From an uncultured SAR86 cluster bacterium (GTDB lineage: Bacteria > Pseudomonadota > Gammaproteobacteria > Magnimaribacterales > D2472): 64,000 nucleotides of DNA. Within the stretch, counting starts at the first letter, position 1; the number at the start of each line of letters is the position of its first letter. The notes below the pieces were generated by a model. That model did no database searches, was not told where the DNA came from, and was given only the letters and a program-made list of their open reading frames with translations. The translations under genes and the position numbers were made by a program. The stretch spans positions 42,620 to 106,619 of the forward strand of contig CABYCI010000001.1 of assembly GCA_902517425.1 (NCBI GenBank), read 5' to 3'. Positions 58,360 to 64,000 of the stretch are shown here, piece by piece.

Positions 58360-59589
58360 TTGATAAATAATAAAAAAATAAGTAAATTTGCTATATCAAT
58401 AGTAAAAGACCTACAAGACAAAAATTTTCAAGCCTATTTAGTAGGTGGATGTGTCAGAGATCTTCTTTGTGGTATTGAACCAAAAGATTTCGATATTGCT
58501 ACCAATGCAACCCCAGAGCAAATTAGAAAAACATTTAAAGCCTCTAGAATAATTGGAAAAAGATTTAAATTAGTTCATGTATTTAACAGAACTGAATTAA
58601 TTGAAGTTGCAACGTTTCGATCTGGGGAAGATAGTTCAAATGAAGGAAGTCTAGTAAAAGATCAAGCCGGTAAAATTTTAAGAGACAATATATGGGGAAC
58701 ATTAGAGGAAGATACATACAGAAGAGATTTCACTGTGAATGCATTATATTATTGTCCTATTTCTCAAAAAATTGAAGATCATAATAATGGCATGAAGCAT
58801 ATTCATGAAAGGGTCATTGTCTCAATTGGTGATCCTCAAAAACGTTTTGCTGAAGACCCTGTTAGAAGTTTGCGAGCTATAAGATTTAGTAACAAACTAA
58901 ATTTTAAAATAGACACAGATGTTAAGCATGCGATCTATGACAAAGGAAGCCTGTTGTTAAATATATCCAATGCTAGGTTATTTGATGAATTTTGCAAAAT
59001 ATTTCTTAGTGGCATGGCTGAGAAAAATTTTAATAAGTTGTTCTCCTTTGGTTTAAATAAATACTTAATTGGAACAAATCCAGAAAAAAATAAATTTACA
59101 AATAATTTAATGATTGAAGCTTTAAAAAATACTGATAGAAGAATACATAATAATCAATCAGTTACGCCAGGCTTTCTTGTAGCTGCACTTTTATGGCCTC
59201 AGCTCATTGAAATTTCAAATCAAAAAGGAGAAATCAATTTAAGAAAATTCTTTAGATCAATGGATGGTGTTCTAAGAAGGCAGCAAAAAATAACAGCCTT
59301 ACCTAGAAAATTTCATGCATACATCAAAGATATTTGGGTTCTTCAATTAAAACTTCAAAGTAGAATTGGCAAACAACCATACAAAACTGCAAAACATCCT
59401 AGATTCAGAGCAGCTTATGACTTCTTATTAATAAGAGAAAAGGCTAATGGTGGGGGGAAGAGTCTCGGCGATTGGTGGACTAACTTTCAAAAAAATGATG
59501 AACAGATTAAAAAGTCATTAATATCTAGGTTGGCAGAAGAAAAGGAAGAATCTAATAAAAAATTTGGCTTCTCAGAAGAGTTAAGATAA
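58360..59589 (+). CDS. pcnB: Poly(A) polymerase I
   Basis: AYLVGGCVRDLLCGIEPKDFDIATNATPEQIRK.F, RRDFTVNALYY and DPVRSLRAIRF are present. The start appears to be TTG. It follows dksA, as in E. coli. Confidence 0.9.
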   Translation: MINNKKISKFAISIVKDLQDKNFQAYLVGGCVRDLLCGIEPKDFDIATNATPEQIRKTFKASRIIGKRFKLVHVFNRTELIEVATFRSGEDSSNEGSLVKDQAGKILRDNIWGTLEEDTYRRDFTVNALYYCPISQKIEDHNNGMKHIHERVIVSIGDPQKRFAEDPVRSLRAIRFSNKLNFKIDTDVKHAIYDKGSLLLNISNARLFDEFCKIFLSGMAEKNFNKLFSFGLNKYLIGTNPEKNKFTNNLMIEALKNTDRRIHNNQSVTPGFLVAALLWPQLIEISNQKGEINLRKFFRSMDGVLRRQQKITALPRKFHAYIKDIWVLQLKLQSRIGKQPYKTAKHPRFRAAYDFLLIREKANGGGKSLGDWWTNFQKNDEQIKKSLISRLAEEKEESNKKFGFSEELR

Positions 59590-59616
59590 TCTATAAATTA
59601 CAAATAAAGAATTGTA

Positions 59617-60282
59617 ATGAAGCCAGCTTTAAACGAAATACCATTACCAAAATATATTGCCATTGAAGGCCCAATAGGGGTTGGTAAAACTACTCTTGCT
59701 AATAAAATTGCAGAATCATTTAACTATGATGCCTTTTTAGAACAACCTGCAGAAAATCCATTTCTTAAAAATTTCTATAGAAATCCTGGTCAATCTGCTT
59801 TGGCAACTCAACTATTCTTTTTATTTCAGAGAATGCAACAAATACAAGACCTAAAACAAAGAAGTCTTTTTGAGAACGTTCGTGTTGCAGATTTTTTAAT
59901 TGAAAAGGATAGACTGTTTGCAGAAGTTACGCTTTCTAATGAAGAAATGAATCTTTATGACAAAGTATATGAGCATTTAACTTTAGATGCGCCCTCTCCT
60001 GATCTAGTTATTTATCTTCAAGCCCCTATTGAAATTCTTAAAGAAAGGATTACCAAAAGAGGAAACATTAATGAGCAATATCTTACATTAGACTATTTAG
60101 AAAGATTGAATGATGCATACTCTAGATTCTTCCTTGACTATAATTCAGCACCGTTGTTAATTATCAATGCAGCTGATATCAATCTCGAATCAAATGAGTC
60201 TGATTATGAGGCATTAGTTACCATGATTATGTCTAATCCAAAGGGTAAAAATTTCGTTAACCCCCAACCATCGATTATTTAA
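59617..60282 (+). CDS. Deoxynucleoside kinase family protein
   Basis: The P-loop is IAIEGPIGVGKTTLA, followed by ENPFL..FY, the DR..FAEV (ERS-like) block and a LID-like RITKRGNINEQ. Size is 221 aa. Confidence 0.78.
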   Translation: MKPALNEIPLPKYIAIEGPIGVGKTTLANKIAESFNYDAFLEQPAENPFLKNFYRNPGQSALATQLFFLFQRMQQIQDLKQRSLFENVRVADFLIEKDRLFAEVTLSNEEMNLYDKVYEHLTLDAPSPDLVIYLQAPIEILKERITKRGNINEQYLTLDYLERLNDAYSRFFLDYNSAPLLIINAADINLESNESDYEALVTMIMSNPKGKNFVNPQPSII

Positions 60283-60292
60283 ATAATTAATT

Positions 60293-62215
60293 GTGTCTAA
60301 AGAGTTATATAGCCCTAAGTCTATAAATCCATATATCAATGATATTGATGAATTTAAAAAACTTTATAAAGAATCTATAGAAAATCCTAAAAAATTTTTT
60401 GAAACATTAGCAAAAGAAAATATATCCTGGTTGAAAGATTTTGAAGAAGTTCATAACAATAGCTTTTCAAGTACTAAATGGTTTAGTGGCGGTCAAATGA
60501 ATGTTAGTTTTAATTGTATTGATAGACACCTAAAAGATAATGCAAACAAGGTCGCTCTAATATGGGAAGGAGACAATCCATCAGAATCAAAAAAACTTAC
60601 CTATCAAGAACTTCATGATGAGGTCTGTAAATTTGCTAATGTTTTAAAAGAACTTGGTGTTAAAAAGGGTTCAAGGGTGTGCATCTATATGCCAATGATT
60701 ATCGAGGCATCTTTTGCAATGCTTGCTTGTACAAGAATAGGAGCCGTGCATTCAGTAGTGTTTGGAGGTTTCTCACCTGAGTCTCTAAAAGATAGGATTT
60801 TAGATGCTGATTGCAAAATTGTCATAACAGCTGATGAAGGTCTTAGAGGAGGGAAAAAAGTACCATTAAAATCAAATGTTGATGAAGCTCTTAAGGGTTG
60901 TCCTGAAGTAAAAAATACTCTTGTTATAAAAAGGACTGCGGGAGATATTCAATGGAACAAAGCCAGAGATATATGGTACGAAGAAATATCCAAAAATGTA
61001 GCGACCTCATGCATTCCTGAACCAATGGATTCTGAAGATCCCCTTTTTATATTGTATACATCTGGTTCAACAGGAAAACCAAAAGGAGTCCTTCATACCA
61101 CTGCTGGGTTCTTGTTAGGCGCTCATATTAGTTTTAAATATATCTTTGGTATAAGGTCAGAAGATAGATATTGGTGTACTGCAGATGTTGGCTGGATAAC
61201 TGGCCACACTTACATCCTATATGGTCCTTTATCTAATGGAGCCACAACTTTAATGTTTGAAGGAATTCCCACTTATCCATCTGCTTCAAGATGCTGGGAA
61301 ATATGTGATAAATATCAAATCAATATATTTTATACCGCTCCAACAGCTATTAGGGCGCTTATGGCACAAGGTGATGAACCTGTTTTAAAGACCAAAAGGA
61401 GTTCTTTAAGAATCTTAGGAACTGTTGGTGAGCCGATCAATCCAGAAGCATGGGATTGGTATTACAATATTGTTGGTCAATCTAAGTGTGAAATTATAGA
61501 TACTTGGTGGCAAACTGAAACTGGTTCGGTTCTTATTTCCCCAATCGCAGGAGTGACTCCAACAAAGCCTGGTTCAGCCACCCTTCCTTTCTTTGGTGTA
61601 AATCCAGCGCTATACGATGAAAATGGCAAAACACTAGAGGGACCACATTCTGGAAACTTAGTTATAGAGCAGTCTTGGCCTAGTCAAATTAGGAGTGTTT
61701 ACGGAGATCATCAAAGAATGCTAGATACTTATTTTGGTATGTATAAAGATATCTACTTTACTGGTGATGGAGCTAGAAGAGACGAAGATGGTTATTACTG
61801 GATTACTGGAAGAGTAGATGACGTTCTAAATGTCTCAGGGCATAGACTTGGAACTGCGGAAATCGAAAGTGCTCTTGTACTTCATACAAAAGTTGCTGAA
61901 GCTGCAGTGGTTGGCTTTGATCATCCTATCAAAGGCCAAGGCATTTATGCTTTTGTTACTTTAATGATTGGAGAATCATTTAGTGATGAATTAATTAATG
62001 AATTAAAACAATTTGTTGCTAAAGAAATAGGCGCTATTGCAAAACCAGACCTTATACAAAATGCTCCTGGCCTTCCAAAGACAAGATCTGGAAAAATAAT
62101 GAGAAGAATTTTAAGAAAAATTGCTGAAGGTGACCTATCCAATATAGGTGATACTTCGACCCTTGCTGACCCCTCAGTCGTAGAGTCTTTAAAAAGTAAT
62201 AAAATAAGTTTATGA
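60293..62215 (+). CDS. acs: Acetyl-CoA synthetase
   Basis: [42 protein letters not shown] and [12 protein letters not shown] are present. Size is 640 aa and the start is GTG. Confidence 0.96.
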   Translation: MSKELYSPKSINPYINDIDEFKKLYKESIENPKKFFETLAKENISWLKDFEEVHNNSFSSTKWFSGGQMNVSFNCIDRHLKDNANKVALIWEGDNPSESKKLTYQELHDEVCKFANVLKELGVKKGSRVCIYMPMIIEASFAMLACTRIGAVHSVVFGGFSPESLKDRILDADCKIVITADEGLRGGKKVPLKSNVDEALKGCPEVKNTLVIKRTAGDIQWNKARDIWYEEISKNVATSCIPEPMDSEDPLFILYTSGSTGKPKGVLHTTAGFLLGAHISFKYIFGIRSEDRYWCTADVGWITGHTYILYGPLSNGATTLMFEGIPTYPSASRCWEICDKYQINIFYTAPTAIRALMAQGDEPVLKTKRSSLRILGTVGEPINPEAWDWYYNIVGQSKCEIIDTWWQTETGSVLISPIAGVTPTKPGSATLPFFGVNPALYDENGKTLEGPHSGNLVIEQSWPSQIRSVYGDHQRMLDTYFGMYKDIYFTGDGARRDEDGYYWITGRVDDVLNVSGHRLGTAEIESALVLHTKVAEAAVVGFDHPIKGQGIYAFVTLMIGESFSDELINELKQFVAKEIGAIAKPDLIQNAPGLPKTRSGKIMRRILRKIAEGDLSNIGDTSTLADPSVVESLKSNKISL

Positions 62216-62568
62216 AAAAACTCATAACTCTATTGCTTCTATTTGGGATTGTTAGTTGTAATACAAATCAAAATTATGATAAATCGATGCTTCCTGATGC
62301 GAAACCTCAAGTACTAAACAAAGTAAATCCCAGAGATCTAATTACATGTATGCAATTACCTGTTCCTCGACCTCCAGTTCCAATCAATCCAAGTCACAAA
62401 GTTGGTACCGAAGAAGTCTATGATCAAAATGACTGTATCGAAAGTAAAATGGCTTCTAAAGGAGGTCAAGATCTAAAAAATGCTAGGGATGAGGAAAACA
62501 AATTTAATCTAGAAATCGACCTAGACAAAGATGAAGATATTAATTTAGAAGATCAAATAGAAGAATAA
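62212..62568 (+). CDS. Small acidic lipoprotein, function unknown
   Basis: Lipobox LFGIVSC and an acidic C-terminal tail. An ATGA overlap joins it to acs. Its 3' end overlaps the convergent MBL gene by 16 bp. Confidence 0.4.
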   Translation: MKKLITLLLLFGIVSCNTNQNYDKSMLPDAKPQVLNKVNPRDLITCMQLPVPRPPVPINPSHKVGTEEVYDQNDCIESKMASKGGQDLKNARDEENKFNLEIDLDKDEDINLEDQIEE

Positions 62569-63353
62569 CAATTTTCTATATTTCTTATTTTGCCATCATG
62601 TTCGAGTTTAATTATATGAGCCAGTAAACTCATTCTCGCAATAGGATGGAGCATTTCCGATACATCGTTATATACCAAAGGAAGTAATTCATCTAGATTA
62701 GATTGCTGATTTTTTTCTATGCACCTTAAGACTTTTGATTCTCTTGAGAGCCTATGTCTTATGATTGACTGAATAGTCTTAGAGGGCTCTTCCATATAGT
62801 TGCCATGGCCTGGAGCAAAATAACTAATGTCATATTGTTCTAATAGTTTTAAAGAATTTATATATTCTGTCATGTTTCCATCTGGCGGAGCTATTACAAC
62901 AGTTGAGCCATCCATAATATGGTCACCAGTTAATAGACATTTATACTTTTCAATATAAAAACATAGATGATTGGATGCATGTCCAGGAGTATGAATAGTT
63001 TCGAGTGTATATTCATCGGTCGATATAATATCTCCGTGCTTTAAGACCGTATCTGGTTTAAAAGTTTCATCCTCCCATTCAGATTCTCTGTCAACCAATC
63101 TTCCAAGCATTGGTATATTCAATTCTTTTGAAATTATTATCGCTGCAGGAGAGTGATCTTTATGAGTATGAGTAACTAGAATTCTTTTTATCTTACCCCT
63201 GCCTTCTTCCAAGATAGTTTCGATATGTTTAGAAATATTTGGGCCAGGGTCTATTAAAGTAATATCATCTTTACCAATTAAATAAGTATTAGTTCCTTGG
63301 CCGGTAAACACTCCTCCATTAGGTGCAGTAATTTTTTTAATTAGATCATCCAT
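62553..63353 (-). CDS. Metallo-beta-lactamase-fold hydrolase
   Basis: The HTHKDHS (HxHxDH) motif, a downstream TPGH and GDH are present. Size is 266 aa. Confidence 0.8.
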   Translation of the reverse strand: MDDLIKKITAPNGGVFTGQGTNTYLIGKDDITLIDPGPNISKHIETILEEGRGKIKRILVTHTHKDHSPAAIIISKELNIPMLGRLVDRESEWEDETFKPDTVLKHGDIISTDEYTLETIHTPGHASNHLCFYIEKYKCLLTGDHIMDGSTVVIAPPDGNMTEYINSLKLLEQYDISYFAPGHGNYMEEPSKTIQSIIRHRLSRESKVLRCIEKNQQSNLDELLPLVYNDVSEMLHPIARMSLLAHIIKLEHDGKIRNIENCYSSI

Positions 63354-64000
63354 TAATGGTCCTCATAGCCATCGTCTCCAGGTAAAAGACCAACCCAATT
63401 ACCATTTTCTTTAAAGAACTTAGGTAAGATAGGCGGAATATCCTTATTTGTCAGTCTTTTTTGACTATCAAGCATGTCTTTTGCAACTGTAAATTCTGAA
63501 CAAGATTGAAGATTCTTTATAGTAGGCATGATCATTTGCATCTCACCCTTAAACGCCATGTCTACAGCTTTATTTGGATTAATCCATAAGCTTTGGGTAA
63601 GCTCCATTCCGTCGTGTTGAACAATCTGTTTTTCTGGTAGATAGGCTATAAAAAATCTTGTATCAAATCTCCTTGATTCAATATTAGGAGTTATCCAATG
63701 CGATAATGGTGCAATATTAGCAGTAGATAGAATCAAGTCTTCCTTCACACATATATCTAATAGATTTATTTCATTATTAATTAGTTTTTCTCTATAACTA
63801 TCGAATTTGGATTTTTCATCATCCTCAAGATTAAGTTTCTCACCAGATCTCTTAGTAGCTAGAAGAATGCCAACCTCTTCAAAGCACTCTCTAATACATG
63901 CTATCCAGTAGCTTAATCCTCCGTTATCTAATCCGAGCAATTCGGATGCGTTTTTATCATCCAATACATCAGAATAGTTTTCTAAATCTTTTAAATGATC
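63353..64000 (-). CDS. NUDIX-family hydrolase, 5' end outside the window
   Basis: The Nudix-box remnant is ACIRECFEEVGILL. The frame stays open from the ORF-track TTG (63964) to position 64000 (..DHLKDLENYSDV-LDDKNAS), so the gene probably starts beyond the right edge. Confidence 0.55.
   Translation of the reverse strand, partial: DHLKDLENYSDVLDDKNASELLGLDNGGLSYWIACIRECFEEVGILLATKRSGEKLNLEDDEKSKFDSYREKLINNEINLLDICVKEDLILSTANIAPLSHWITPNIESRRFDTRFFIAYLPEKQIVQHDGMELTQSLWINPNKAVDMAFKGEMQMIMPTIKNLQSCSEFTVAKDMLDSQKRLTNKDIPPILPKFFKENGNWVGLLPGDDGYEDH

Overview
This 64-kb window comes from a very AT-rich, tightly packed genome. It holds about 70 genes, many joined by 1-14 bp overlaps, and almost no intergenic DNA. 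Gene order is gammaproteobacterial: leuS-lptE-holA; rsfS-rlmH-mrdA-rodA-mltB-dacA; parE-parC beside tolC; mutM/coaD; hemG-hemL; dksA-pcnB. Together with a SAR86-like proteorhodopsin, this points to a streamlined marine gammaproteobacterium, which is an inference. Most of the window is housekeeping: five heme genes, rho, trxA, ilvD, leuS, tyrS, topoisomerase IV, the elongasome, putA and acs.

The accessory-looking part is about 33.6-46 kb. It contains:
- a Gln105 (blue-type) proteorhodopsin;
- an SDR, a two-subunit Na+/solute symporter and an NAD-formate dehydrogenase;
- an intergenic array of five exact ATGAGTACA repeats running into an ORF whose N-terminus looks like an integrase arm-type DNA-binding domain with no catalytic domain;
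- a TPP-riboswitch-controlled TonB receptor / PnuC-family / kinase thiamine-salvage operon;
- a solitary tRNA-Ile(GAU).

Other oddities:
- an aroQ gene flanked by a DsbD N-terminal-domain-only ORF and a 58-codon accB N-terminal fragment;
- a DksA with a histone-H1-like poly-Lys N-terminal tail;
- an orphan YejF-type double ATPase coupled to an esterase.

I saw no CRISPR array, transposase, intact integrase, toxin-antitoxin pair or recognisable defence system. All calls rest on motif reading and synteny. No database search or covariance model was run, and start codons are provisional.
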